From contig CM121343.1 in assembly GCA_051530055.1 (NCBI GenBank), forward strand, positions 4,372,389 through 4,436,388: a DNA stretch of 64,000 nt. Reading direction: 5' to 3'. The position numbers were made by a program, and so were the translations under genes. This stretch comes from Neoechinorhynchus agilis (taxonomy: Eukaryota; Animalia; Acanthocephala). Below are positions 11,892 through 25,500 of the stretch, in pieces (position 1 is the first letter of the stretch; each line of letters starts with the position of its first letter). The notes beneath the pieces are model-generated. The model did not search any database, was not told the origin of the DNA, and saw only the letters and a program-made list of their open reading frames with translations.

Positions 11892-12497
11892 TCAGACTAA
11901 CAGAATATGAAGCGCTGCGCAACGAAGTGCATCCGATTTTCGGGAAAGAAACACGAAAGACTCTTACGAGGAGCGCGAATTCAAACGTTGACGTCCGGGC
12001 TGACGTCGCTCCCAATTGATTCGTACAATTATAGAAATCATTGAACATCTGCGATCCAATTTCAGTCATTGTTTTACTAATAAACTAGCGCAATCCCCGA
12101 TGCTCACGTATTGTGACGTCAGTGAGTGTGGTAAACAATATTCGTCATTCAAGGCAACGTTGTGCCTCTCGTAGAAATTATAACAGAATCCGGAATCTAC
12201 GATATTTCCTCGTCGTTTGAAACACGTTTTTGCCGACTTTCCTAACATTCGGCTGTTATTAATTTGATGAGCTTTTCTTGCAGTAAACTTTGCTTCTACA
12301 ATACAAAAAACCCAAATCACTCAAGATTTTCAATTCATTTTGAAGATTGGCCAGCCGGTAACTTATATCAATGCGTGGCCCCCGAAAATTATCAGCCGTG
12401 TGATAAAAATATCCACACATTGATATTTTCAATTCAGTTGTTTATTTTTTGATGTACCTTAGAAAGCGCTCAAAACTCATTGTTTGGCAATGTAATT

Positions 12498-12669
12498 TTT
12501 TGTTGAAAAGATAATTCATTAGGAGAAAATAAATGAAATTAAGATTTTATTGGATATTTCGATCCAATATCTCGGATTCGCTGAAGAAGATCTGAGATAG
12601 CTAATCGAAATATCTAATAAAATCTTAATTTCATTTATTTTCTCCTAATGAATTATCTTTTCAACAAAA
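12498..12669. mobile_element. Palindromic foldback element, internally deleted relative of 50163-50432, with a degenerate minimal hammerhead at 12581-12614
   Basis: About 65-bp near-perfect inverted arms; ctgaagaagatc…atcgaaatatc followed by aataaa. Confidence 0.75.
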
Positions 12670-13634
12670 TGTTCATGTCATATTTTATAGCGGCAAAAAA
12701 TTGGCGAATTTGGGTTTCACCAGCTTTTGTGCCTAAATAGTAGATTCGCGGATAAATACTTCTTTAAAAGTTTTTTGCAGATATTACCTTAGCTGTGTAG
12801 AAATAAGGGGGTAAATTGTTGCCAAATTCCCGTTTTTTTATTTGCATTAAATGACTTTGCAAACGACGCATGATTCATAGAATCATCGAGAGGAAATCCT
12901 TCAGGATGATTGAGATGTGGTGTTGATCATAATCGCCCCCCCCGCTTGATAAAACATAATTTATTGAGATATTTCCAAAGAGGAGGAAGTTTCATCAGTA
13001 ACTAAGACCTTTTCCTTCTTTTGGTAGTTATTCCACTCCTCGGATTCAAATTGACTAATTTATTACCGACACTTCGTCGATTCCGACATTATAGCACGGT
13101 TATTCATTATTTCTAGCTAAAAGCTTTAATGAGAAACCTTGGGGAATTGTCAGCATTGATTGAAATGAAATATCGGTAATAAATTTGTTAATTGCTAGAT
13201 TTGAGTGATGATTTAACTCTTAAAGAAGACAATAGAACGAAATGTTTTTTGATAAATGATAAGGCGAGATTTGCGAAATATTTTAATAAAATATCTTTTA
13301 TCCAGGATTATGAAGATGAATATCTGCGATTAGCTCATACTTCATTCGCCTCGACGGTCGATGGCTTCTAACATTATATTTGCATCATTTTACCCTGTAA
13401 AACTCCAATTGAATTTTCGGTTTGTTTTTGGCTGCACAATTTTTTCAATATTCTCGATGAAAACGACGAATTACCTAATTTTGAAATTTAACCTTTAATT
13501 CGGTTCTACATTATATGATTATTATAAAAAAATGTGCTGACATGAACATTTTTGCTCTCGTGTCTAATAGAGACAACTACCAAAGAATTCATTTCCGTTT
13601 AAACTTCTCTCTTATTTAAGATTCTGCCTCTTTT

Positions 13635-16600
13635 ATGAGCGGAGTTGGAACGAATCTACAGGTTGACTGTGCAAGGCAAATATCTGATCGTCTTTACCAA
13701 ATCCATTCAAACGCTGTCAAGTTTTTCGATATATTTACTCCGGAAATAACAAGATTGAGGGAAAAGCTAGGATTCCTCTTGCGCGACATATTGGTGAACT
13801 CAAACAATTGTTCACCCGACGAGTTCTTGAATCGAATCTACGAAATGATGCGTAATCGACTTGTACAAGACATTGTCAAAAAATATAGATCCTTGCATAA
13901 ATTCGAATCTAATGCAGAAGCGGATGAAATATATTTAAGGCATATCAATACCATGATTGGCTTTTTGAGCTCTCTCGTACATGAGTTAGAAGCTGAAGAT
14001 TCACACAACTATCAGCTTTTGTGTAGAATAAATATCACAATTGGAGACCTCAATAGATATGGCTATTCTTGTCATTGTTCTTTGGAAGGTGAACGGGAGG
14101 ATTTTCTTATTATGTCCGATCAAGTCTATCGGATAGCGAGCGCTTATGATCCTGATTATGGCTGTTGCTACAATCAATTGGGCATTTTGTATGAGAATTA
14201 CGGCAGGGCTCTTGATGCTATATATTTCTATCTTCTGGCACTTCAGTGTCATAAACCTCTGAACGCGGCACGAGATAATCTCATTATTCTGCTCAGTAAG
14301 TAGCGCTTTTGGTATCATTTTCGGGTAATCCTTCGAAAGCGAAGATTAAAATGTTAGAGATGATACCCTTAATAAAAGTAGAATATTGTCACTCTCATTA
14401 TTTCCATCAACCTTCTCAAGTGTCCGAGAAATAGTGTTTAGTTTCTTTTTTGCCATTCCATTCGGATTTATGGATTTAGAAATGGCCCTGTGTACTTTTC
14501 TAGTTAACGTTCGCAATTTGGGAATGTTATTGTGCTAATGGCGACCATTTCTACTATTATGCTTGGAAATGATTCATAAATTAGCTGTAATTCGGCTAGA
14601 TGTGATGTTCCATTTAGCATTTTGTGGCTGCTCTGCGACAGATGGGATAGGTACCGTCTCCCATTTGGGAATGATTTATTACACATGCCGGAGGTTAATG
14701 GTGTTTTATCCAGAATTAGGTTCTTCAAAATCATCGGACAAATATTAAAATTTATTTTTGTGGTAAAAATAACCGTTGTCTACTACAATTTATGAAATCA
14801 TTGTGATTAATTGAACTAAGCGTTTCTTTTGATGAATTACAAGTTTCCATATATTGATTTCCTGTATTAATTATTCTATTGAAATACGATCAATAATTGC
14901 TTCGCTTATAATTATTGGACTTGTCGTAAAAGTTTTAAAGTGCAATAACTCAAAGCGCTGCACAAAGACACGAGTGATCCGTTATTGACCACGCTAAAAC
15001 CAGTATTAAAGATATTTTTGGATGCTAATGTAAAAGAATGTGCAACATCTATAGTGACAGCATTATTGAGCAAAATACGCGAACAATTACATCCAGGGAC
15101 CAGCGTCGATGGTTTTGTTCATCGATTACTAATAATTTCAATTTTTATGTTTGAGCACTTAAGAGACCGGAGTCAGAAACGTAACGGCATCGGTAAAACA
15201 ATTATGCAGTCGTGTTTGGCGTTTTCGTTCTCGATTTTCGATTTGGCAATATCCTATTTGTCCGCTCGATTGGAAACACCAACTGATTTTGAAAATGATT
15301 CTGGTTATACTGACATTGATTACAATTCCGTAGAAAGAAATACGGGCTTATTTGAGCAGATGATTGAAGATTTGGATGTTTTAAACATGTTGCCGCCTAG
15401 TAACAACAATGATTTTAATTCGGATGCATTTGATTTGCTTAATGATAGCATTGAGCAGGACGATGATCAAGAGTCACTCGAAGCACAGATCCTAGCCCGC
15501 AAGATGCACCAATATGACGTATCTACGGATACTGATTATTACATGGAGGGATTCGATGATTCAGTATTTGAGGTGGAGTGCCAGAAACATATATTGGGAG
15601 ATGGATTTAATTTTGTAAAAAGTGAGAAACTATTTAAGGCAGTTCGGATATATTGCATTTGGCTATCGTTAAACAGACGACTTATTAAGCAACTTAGTCA
15701 GTATAAATGCACGAAATCTCAATTTTGTGCCTCGGATCCTTTATTCAATTGCAATCTCGACCTGTCCATACTTTTAAGAAGTGCTTATTTCCAGAAGGGG
15801 TAACCCAACCGCCAACAATTAGTATTCGTGATTTTATTAAAATTTAAAAGACTGGAATTTATATTGAAACGCGTCTCACTTTCGAGTGGAGTATTGCATT
15901 TGTATTTTGTAGTTTCTTTTCAATAATTGAGGTTATCGAGCTCCAAAACTACATGGATATCTTTCGCTCAAATTCTTAACGCACTCCCAAATGAGCAGAC
16001 AATCTTAAAAAGTCGCATATGTAGTCATGAAAAGGTGATTGATTTAATTGAAGAAAAGCGGCTGCAGTATCGACCACCACCGATAGAAGACGACCTTGAA
16101 CTACGATCTTGCACTGCTTTTAGGAAGCATTATTCTGAAATTCAATTCGGGAGAGTTCCTCAGTACTGTGTTAAATTGGATGAGAATGAAGAAGCGGTTG
16201 TGATTATTTGTACTCTGAGGTATTTCGCATACTGGCAATGCAGATCTCCTGGGTGTTTTTTAATCTTAAAGGTTTTACCGATTTTTGACTGTGAAGATGA
16301 CACTTTGTTGTTCCGTTTGTACACTTCTATGCCAGCAGGAACTGATTATTCGTTGGATACTCTAATTGCAAAGGCATTTCCATCATGGAGTGAGGTTCCT
16401 GGAATTCTTGAAGAAGACGAAGAAACCATCACGCTTTTTAAGCATGCACTCTCAATCGAGCAAGATGAGAGTAAAACAACGGCGTTCAAATTGAACGACC
16501 CTGTTGTCACTGTGGTGCACTGTTCGGTATTTAATGCCGACTGGAAGGTTCTTATTGGAATACCTAAAAGATTGCCATGTACGCTCATATTTCCATACAG

Positions 16601-16931
16601 TACTTTTGATTTCTTCGATAGTATAAAAGAAACTGAACCAGAAATTCAACTAATGAGTTTCTGGATCATGATGCATTCTGGTAAACATGGCCGTTACGTT
16701 CGAACTTACTCAAAGTTACCTTCTTATACTACTGAAATAGATTACGATTTGATGCTCAACGAGGCTATGGAGGTCTATAGAAAATTACGCAGTGACGATC
16801 AAAACCAATCAACTACACAATATGCCATTATGGTATCATCAAAATTTTATGAAACGAACGGAGATAAATTTGGTAGCGTTATCTCAAAGTGTGACCGAAG
16901 TCATCTAATTCTTGTTGAGTTAAATGAATAA
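13635..16931 (+). CDS. SMG5: SMG5-like NMD factor (EST1/14-3-3-like domain plus degenerate PIN domain); at least three exons, inner boundaries approximate
   Basis: FTPEITRLREKL, IGDLNRY, YNQLGIL, DAIYFY…ARDNL; EDDLELRS, EEAVVIICTLRYF; C-terminal PIN-like segment lacking the catalytic DTN. Donor GTAAGT at about 14297. Confidence 0.8.
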
Positions 16932-17280
16932 GATTTCGAAATTATTGCATGCTACTCGCTTGTGAATTATTTATGATGTTTCTCGATGTGTTTGGTTTTT
17001 GAAGATTCTTTGTTCATTATGGATATCTTAGCCCTAAGCTATAAATTGGGCAAATTTGTTTTCTGAATACTGATTGAAAATAAATCGTGATAGCGTTCCA
17101 TTTGGATTCTGAAACTTTTGATTTATCGCCACCATCATAAACATTGCTTGACTCAATGACACCTTAATGATGGCGTTAAAGGTTTCCAACTCACTTAAAA
17201 CCCAAATCACTACCAAAAATAAGCATATATTTCTTGACTTAAAAATATGTGATCTTAAATCGGCTTAATAATAAGAATCT

Positions 17281-17526
17281 GAAAAGGAATCAGAGGAGGG
17301 CAACGCTGTCAGTCATCTCATCCCTCTTATTGAGCAAAGAGGGATGAGCTGACGGACAGCGTTGCCCTCCTCTGATTCCTTTTCAGACAACCGAAGAAAA
17401 GCTTCCTGACGAAGACGCAAGGCGTCGAAAATTTGAAGCAATAAACAAATAAAACACCCATTTTCCGTTCGATAATAAATCTGGAATAAACATGAGGGTG
17501 TTGGGAAAAGAGGCTTTTCATAATAT
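17281..17526 (+). mobile_element. Penelope-like pseudo-LTR remnant: 51-bp hairpin + minimal hammerhead + AATAAA, flanked by a 12-bp TSD
   Basis: TSD taataagaatct at 17269-17280 and 17527-17538; hairpin 17278-17387 has 2 mismatches. Confidence 0.7.
17401..17439 (+). ncRNA. Minimal type I hammerhead ribozyme
   Basis: GCUUC-CUGACGA-A-GACGC/AAG/GCGUC-GAAA-AUU-U-GAAGC: 5-bp stem I, 5-bp stem II, palindromic AAUU in place of stem III. Confidence 0.7.
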
Positions 17527-17673
17527 TAATAAGAATCTTACAGGTACAATAACCTAAAATATATAGTGAGATTCCAAATGTATCCTGTCCTTGGATTGTA
17601 AACTTTTATAAATTGAAATCACCTCGAATATCAAAACATTCGCACAAGGACTTATGAAAGTGGAATTATTATG

Positions 17674-17760
17674 CCGCAAGTTCATAATCTCTGAGTTTGT
17701 TTGTTAGTTATCGATAGAGTCTATAACTAACAAACAGACTCAGAGATGATGAACTTGTGG
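17674..17760. repeat. Inverted repeat (about 38-bp arms)
   Basis: ccgcaagttcataatctctgagtttgtttgttagttat versus ataactaacaaacagactcagagatgatgaacttgtgg. Confidence 0.8.
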
Positions 17761-19318
17761 TGAGACGTCTTTTTAATCGAAATAATCATTTATTGCGGGT
17801 TTTAGAGCTCTAATCATAATAATTCTCAAATCACATTCCCCTCCCCGGCACCTCCTCTCACATATCGACACCTATGAAAATGATTTCGAAACTATTTGTA
17901 ATCACAGAGCGGTTAGTAGCCTCAGTAATTTCAAAATATGAATTTTTATGTTTCAGTCGCCAATAATATTTAACCAATACGATGCACTCAAATTTAGAAA
18001 ATCAAATAGGACGAGTAAATGAATACTTATTTGAAACGTGATGCAAATACCCTGTTACCATTTTTAGAATACTTTCCACATTCTCAGGATGTATGAATCA
18101 TTCCTCGGGCTTTCTCGTAATCCCAATTCAATTCATCCTTCCCGCAACTTCTCCCCTTTTCCATACTGCCTAATTTTCTTGGATATCATGACTTGAAATG
18201 AACATGAGGAAAGACCCAAGCTCTCCTGCACACAATAACCATCAATATCCGTCCGAACAAGCCTTCCGACCCGACCGAAACCGTAATCCACTTCACAATC
18301 AAAAAACTGCATTAATTGACCCAATCTGAACCCGAGTTTTTATGAGAACCCAAAGATACATGGGTCCTTTTCATTGTTAACTAACAAATAAGCGTGTTAT
18401 TATAAAGGCACTGATCGTCCATAAATGCTGATTATACATTTCTAATTACACATATAATCGTTGTAGCAGAATATCTTTAAAAAATATTGCAATTGACATT
18501 CGATTTTGCTTTAAAGAACTTGTATCATTGTGTGCGAGTTAATACACAACGTCCTGATATTATAATATTATCTCTTATTTGATTCGGTTTAAAAAAGAAA
18601 TTCACTGTAAACTTTATCGCTTTTTCTTATATAAATATTTAATTAAAATTGTCGTGAGCATATTTTATTTTCATTTCACGAATGAGTCGAGGTTACCTGG
18701 TGAAATCCCCAAGAATATGTACAGTTTTCAAATCTTTTCTAGGACTAACTATTAGATAGATATTTTCTGCCGAAATGCTTTAAGTCATTAAGTAAAAAGT
18801 GATCGGCACTATTTAACTGGCCTTTCAGGGCTAATGATAAAAACTATTACTATGTTTACTCTAATATCACTCGCCAATATTCTTTGAACATGCAATAAAA
18901 TTGAGCGATCAAAGCAGGTTGCTGCCTATTAAGAGTCGATACTTATCAAAAAAATCAAGCTTAAACAAAATTGCATTTCTCCTTTTTTTTCAAATTCAAC
19001 TTTGCTGCCATTTCGCCCATTGTGCTTATAAACCGTCCTTCATCACTTTGTCCCAACAAATCTTTTAGAGCTATGAATTAGCTTAAGATTAAGAAGGAAA
19101 TTCGAGCGATTGTCCAATAGTAATCTTCGACCTGTAAAGACTGAAAATTCAAAGTGCTTGGACGAATCAAAGTAAATTTTAATAGAGCTTTCACGATAAA
19201 AATAAAATTTAACATCTATTTGAGGACAAGCGCAATTAAAGAGGGATTTAAAACACACAAGCGTACAAAAGCTCATTTTATCCAAAAGGGCTTCGTATTT
19301 GGAATTCATTTACCATCA

Positions 19319-20964
19319 TTAAAAGACCCTGCGTTTAAAATATGATGTGCGAGTTTCCCATTTGCGAAAATTGCTCTTTCGATTCCATCTAGTCCATTTC
19401 TTCAGAATTTGTCGGCTTTTTTTCACATTGTGGACCTTGACGGGATCACTTTCATTGTCTACCTGAATAATAATGGCTTTTACAATTTTGAGAATATCGT
19501 TCTCGTCTCGCTTGAGTGTGGATCTGTAAATCAGTTCAGATGCCCATAATCGCAAATGAGGTTTTAGATAATGCATTTTGTTCACAACTACAATTTTTCG
19601 TGGTAAGCATGCGAACAAGTCAAGACAAATCGATTGATAATCTCGATAAATAAGTGGATAATACATACCTTCATTTAACAGCGTGCGTAAAATCTTTGCA
19701 AATTTATACTTAGAAAATAACTCGGACGATTTGAGATTTAATACAAGAGGACCTTTACCCGGTGCTAAACCTCAAACTACCAAAATTTGTATTTTGGCGT
19801 TCGACGGGAAGCTTCATTTATATGATACAGAGCTTCAGTCCTTTCTTCAACGGTTGAGCTTTGTAAAAGTTTCTTAACTAGAGAGGCCGTTCTCATTCTG
19901 ATGCATTGAAATTTAGGCCTAGAATATTTTTTCTTTATCGAAAATGCTTCTAATTTAGCTAGATCCTTTTTGGAGCAAAATGTTTTCACACATTCGGGTG
20001 CTCCACATCTACATGTCAATAATCCATCGATATTCTTTGCAGTAAACAAATAATTGTACGTTATCTCCTCGCCTTCTTCGATATCTCTATTTGCAAACAT
20101 TCCAATTCGATCGGTGCCATTGATTGTCCAAACATCTGCTCGAGAGTTTGGATCGCAACTGTGATTTATGAAACGACTAATATTGCCCTTAAGTGTGGCA
20201 TCCAACGTCAAAAAATCCCCGTATGTCATTCCATGAATTAGAGATCAGGTAATCATTTTAAAGGATCAATATACTATTAAAATATGTTTCCAGTTTAAAT
20301 GTTCAAAAACAATAAATCACCATTTATTGCCTTACCAAAAAAATTACGAATTACTAAGAGCGCCGTTTATATATATTCTTCAAAAGCACTAATCAGCCAA
20401 CATTATTCTATATCATTTAATGTTTTTAGAAGGCAATAATAAAGAAGACCGCGATTGAATATAATCAATCGTTAACTAATAAATTTTTTACGTAGATACG
20501 AGTTTGCTGGCCCAGGCTAACTGTTCTCCAATATAAGGATTGAAATTTGCTGGATCAATGGCGCGAAGAAGAGCGGATCTGCATTCAGCTTCTTTTTTTG
20601 TAACAACCTGTCCAACATATTCAACAATGAACTCATCGCATGATATTTTGTTCAAAGTTCGAACACCCCAACCCTTCATTTCGGTTTTAATAATTTCCAA
20701 CTTTACCTTGCTCCCTGTCTGCATCCTGCGATTAGTGCAGTATTTTCCGCAATCGCAATCATCAGGGCATTCAACCCCTATACTACGATTAATACATGAG
20801 ATACCACATCCAACCTTACGTCCCGATTCTATATCCTTGGTTATAGTACATGAACACTTGCCTGCGAATTCGCAATGCACTAAACCAATTCGTTTACTCA
20901 CAATCCATTCGTTTTCTTCGATGGGAATATAAACAGGAGGAATACTTTCTACAGAATAGTCCAT
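19319..20964 (-). CDS. SETD2: SETD2/Set2-like H3K36 methyltransferase (AWS-SET-postSET plus helical region); SET domain interrupted at 20230-20530; 3' structure uncertain
   Basis: CINR…ECP…CGKYCTNRR, KGWGVR, FIVEYVGQV, LDATLKGNISRFINHSCDPN, EEITYNY, CRCGAPEC; CLDLFACLP…LW resembles the post-SET helical region of SETD2. Confidence 0.65.
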
Positions 20965-22534
20965 TCGTGGGTTTTAATACATTCTCTCACAAATCAAATA
21001 GCTTCCGATGATCATATCGACCACAATACGTTTTGTACTCACCAAATCGTCGTTACTTGTTTACGTAATTTTAAATATTTATATAAGCCATTTTAAATGG
21101 ATCGATGCAAGATAGCTTAAATGGAACGTCGTTGTCGCCACATTTTGTCTAGATTCGGCGTGAAATATAATCAAGCGAGTGACATGGATAAAATGATCGC
21201 GGCAATCCACAAATACTAGTAATATTTGGAAACAAAATGATGGAACGGTGATCAATCCGAAAAGGCGGTTCGCTACTTTTCGTGCTTTTGTTAAAGAAAC
21301 GATAAAGCTTTTATGAATGTCCAGATAAAACATTCTCAAATTCATCATGGATATTTAATGTCATTGATCGCTACTACCAATCACTTTCTAATGTTTAGAA
21401 AACTCATTCAATCCTAGAAATTTTCAATCATATTTTTGTGATTCGGATAAGAGCGGTAAATATTTGAGTAGAATTTAGGAGAAAAGGTGTTTTGTTTGAA
21501 ATCAAGTTCATATTCCCATATATAACACATCATCCATTGAAGATTTACAACTTCCACAATTTGGAGGAGATATATAAATGTCAAACATTGCGATAGGTTA
21601 TTTTTAGGTTATGCCTTTGTTTTGCTAAAAAATGTTACTCAAAAATGGAAATCTTTATTGAAGTGAATTTACTGTCAATGCGTCTGAGCAATAGACCTTT
21701 CCAATTACAATACTAATTTTAATTCTCAAACTAATTGTCTTAGTATAAACATTTCACTTATAAAAATAGTCCAATTCGTTTTCAGCTAAATTCTGTTATA
21801 TTTTAGTATTTTCTGCTTCAAGACTTTGAATTTCTTTTTTTAAGTGGTACTATGTGAAAATATTATCCAGTACTTTTTCATCCATAGACGTGCTTTCAAA
21901 AGTAAATTTTTTATATTTTATGCTTTTGCTAACATTTAAAAATTGAACTTTTTCCAAAAAATAGGCGCTTAAATATTTTTATTTCCGAAATTCCTTCTAG
22001 TTTTCATTGTCGATATCTTCGTTTATTACAATAAAAAACAGCCGGTGTGAAGGAGATGGATTTAAAACAATGCGTGAAAGTTTGATTTGCTGCGTGGATT
22101 TACTGATTATTAACCTTTTAATTTACGAAATTCCATTCATCATTCAACCGAAGATCTCTGACTCATTAGTCCAGAGTTATCGTGACTTCCAAATCAATTA
22201 AATTTTTCTTTGTAAATTATCGCAATACGCTTTTGGTGTCAAATTTATGCTGAAATAAATCCGTATACACAATAAATCATTTAATTGATTTTAATTTTTC
22301 CTTAAAATACTTATACGGTGTTTTGTAATTTTTTTATAATACGTTTGTCTGTATCATCAAAGTTTTCATATTTAAAATTGAATTTTACGACACACACACA
22401 CACTGCCTCACACTCGCGGATTTAAAAGATTGTTGCCTGAAATGAATTGATTGAATTATTGATTGGGACTACCAAACGTTTGCAAAGTGAGAATGAATGT
22501 ATAATGGTAATGCTGCTTGTATTGTAATTGTACT

Positions 22535-25500
22535 TCACCACTTTCTAGACGAAGTTCCTGTCGCAATACCCATATCAATCACTGACGGTCGATGCGGGAC
22601 GCTGCTGTAGAGATCGGCGGTACACACTCTGCATCTAGACATTCTAGCTCTTCGCCTAGCGTCAGGCTTTAGAGTCTCTTCTCGAATATCAGTGGTGAAA
22701 TTAGTGTTCTCAGGTAGAGCTGCGACATAGAACGACATAAAATGCGGATAAAAGTTGCACTGTTGTGAACTTTTACAATGGAAGTACGGGGTTCCAATGT
22801 GTTGCTGCAAGCAAGAACCAGGAGATGAAAGTGTTTGTGCCCCTCCATGTCCACCATCAGCACTTGCAATGAAATGACTGAATCCATCCCATAGAGCCAT
22901 GTAACCACTTGGACATTGTGGTATTTGAGAAGTCTGACTGTGAACAGCGAATACCTTCGATCATTTGGTGAGTAAAATGCTCAAACATTTCCTCTGACTT
23001 ACCGGAGCCTTGTTTTCACAAACGACGCATCGACTCACATAAGGTTCAATCTCCATCGCGTTCCACGTACTCATGTCACTCCTCATCGGGTTGTTAGTAG
23101 CCAACCAATACGAGTAATCATTGCGTGTGGCATAATGACAGGTATTCTGAATGTCGCAAAATAAAAATGGCATTGCACTAAACTTAATCAAACAACTTCC
23201 GGCAGTGCCTAAATTACTTGAATCGTATATAATTTTATTATCTTACCACTCACCCAAGTCTTGTAAATGAGCGTATGAATCTCCTTGAATTCCCATAAAA
23301 GAATATCCTCTATAAATTTCTATCGCATCCAATTCACATTGTGGAATGTCTGTACTCTGGCTATGCCTTAATAATCGCAATTTTACAGAATATTGTTCCG
23401 TTTTTATGCCCCCCCTCTTTACCGTGCGTAAACAAATGATCCATCGAAAAATCCATCTGTGCCAGGTGATCCCGGCAATCCTCGAATACCCATCTGCCCC
23501 GTCGTACCGACTAACCCACGGGCACCCGCATCTCCAGGTATTCCTTTCATGCCCGCAGCTCCGGGCATACCATGGGTACCCGGTGGGCCAGATCTACCCT
23601 GACCTCCTGGCATTCCAGCATCACCTTCTTTTCCAATAGGGCCTTGAATGCCTATGTTAAGTTCGGCATTTATCGTGGAACATTTTTTTCATGTGAAAAT
23701 ACGAACCTCTATGACCAACATCGCCGCGATCGCCCTGATCTCCTGAAACCCCAACAATCAACTTCGCAACAGACGGAGGGCCCTGCAATCCTGGAGCGCC
23801 GGGTATTCCAACAGGTCCGGCCGAACCCTTGTTGCCTCTTTGTCCTTTGTTCCCAGGTGCCCCTAACATTCCTATAAGGCCCATATCACCTCGCATTCCT
23901 TTTATTCCTGGAAGTCCGCTAATCCCAGCTCGGCCAGAAATACCCATGTAGCCTGGACGTCCACGATGACCACTATCTCCCGGATAACCTTTAAGTCCGC
24001 GTGAACCAGATTTACCAACTAATCCAGGCTTTCCAGGTATACCAACGGGTCCCTTTTTGCCAGGAACACCAGGCATACCTGGCATACCGGGCCTTCCTGG
24101 TTCTCCCGCCTGTCCTTTGACGCTCGGTAACGCGATTCCAGGCAGCCCAGGCAAACCAGGCAATCCTACATCACCGATGTCTCCAACCAATCCTCTAATT
24201 CCAGGTTGGCCGCTATCACCGACATCTCCCGTTTCCCCTCTAGATCCCTGTCCACCTATAACGGATTTATGGAGAATATATTAAGCAAATAAAAATCAAA
24301 TAATCTATCTTACCAAAATCACCATGTTCTCCTGGTCGTCCAGTTGATCCTGCATCTCCACGTTGTCCCTTAATACCAGTATCTCCTCTGGAACCCTTGA
24401 AACCCATTAATCCTAGCAAGCCAACATCACCGGGCCTTCCAGGTGCACCCATTATACCAGGGATACCTACGATACTCATCGTCAGCCATATGTATAGGGT
24501 CCAAAGATCGCTTAACACTAACCTTGTCTTCCCGGAGCACCAAGCATTCCAGGCATGCCTATCATTCCAGTATCTCCACGTTCTCCTGATATTCCAGCCA
24601 ATCCAGTGTCGCCTGGAGAGCCACGCACACCCGGTTCACCAACTTGTCCATCACTTCCATGTCTGCCAACCAATCCCGGCTCGCCAGGCAATCCAACTCT
24701 ACCAGATTCACCTGCTGGTCCTTTTCTACCCTAAAATAGAACATGATCATAGCATAGTAAGCTCTATTCCTATACATACTGGAACACCCGGAACTCCTTT
24801 GGTACCAGCTTGTCCAGGTATGCCTGGTGGACCGATATCTCCGGGACGCCCAACTGCTCCACTTGAACCATGCTTTCCATTAAACCCAGGTTCGCCTTTT
24901 GAACCAGGAACACCTTGAGCTCCTGGTCTTCCGGGAGGACCGGGGTATCCGGGTTTCCCAGCAACACCCGGTGGGCCCGCTTGTCCTCTATCTCCTCTCG
25001 GTCCAGTTATTCCCTTGTATCCAAAGCCGATAACTCCAGGTATTCCAGGCAGGCCGTGCATTCCATCTCTGCCTCTACCACCTTGGGGTCCTGGAGGTCC
25101 ATCTGCTCCCCTATCACCGTGTAATCCCGGTAAACCGGGAGGGCCAGGTTCACCAGGAGATCCTCTATATCCCATCACACCTAAATCTCCCGGCATTCCT
25201 TTCGGGCCAGGCTTTCCATCCAAGGGGACCTCTGCACTGAGACCAGGTTCACCAACGTCTCCTTTTTGTCCAGCCATCCCCGGAATCCCATCACGTCCAG
25301 GTGCTCCAGGTGCTCCAGGGGTACCCATATCGCCAATTATACCCGGAGTACCAAGCATTCCAGGCGGACCAGGAAATCCTACATCACCCACATCACCACG
25401 CTGTCCCTTAATTCCTATAAAACCAATTTGGCCGTCGATTCCTCGTCCTCCTTTAAATCCAGGAACACCCGGCATTCCCGGCAACCCGGGTGTTCCAATT

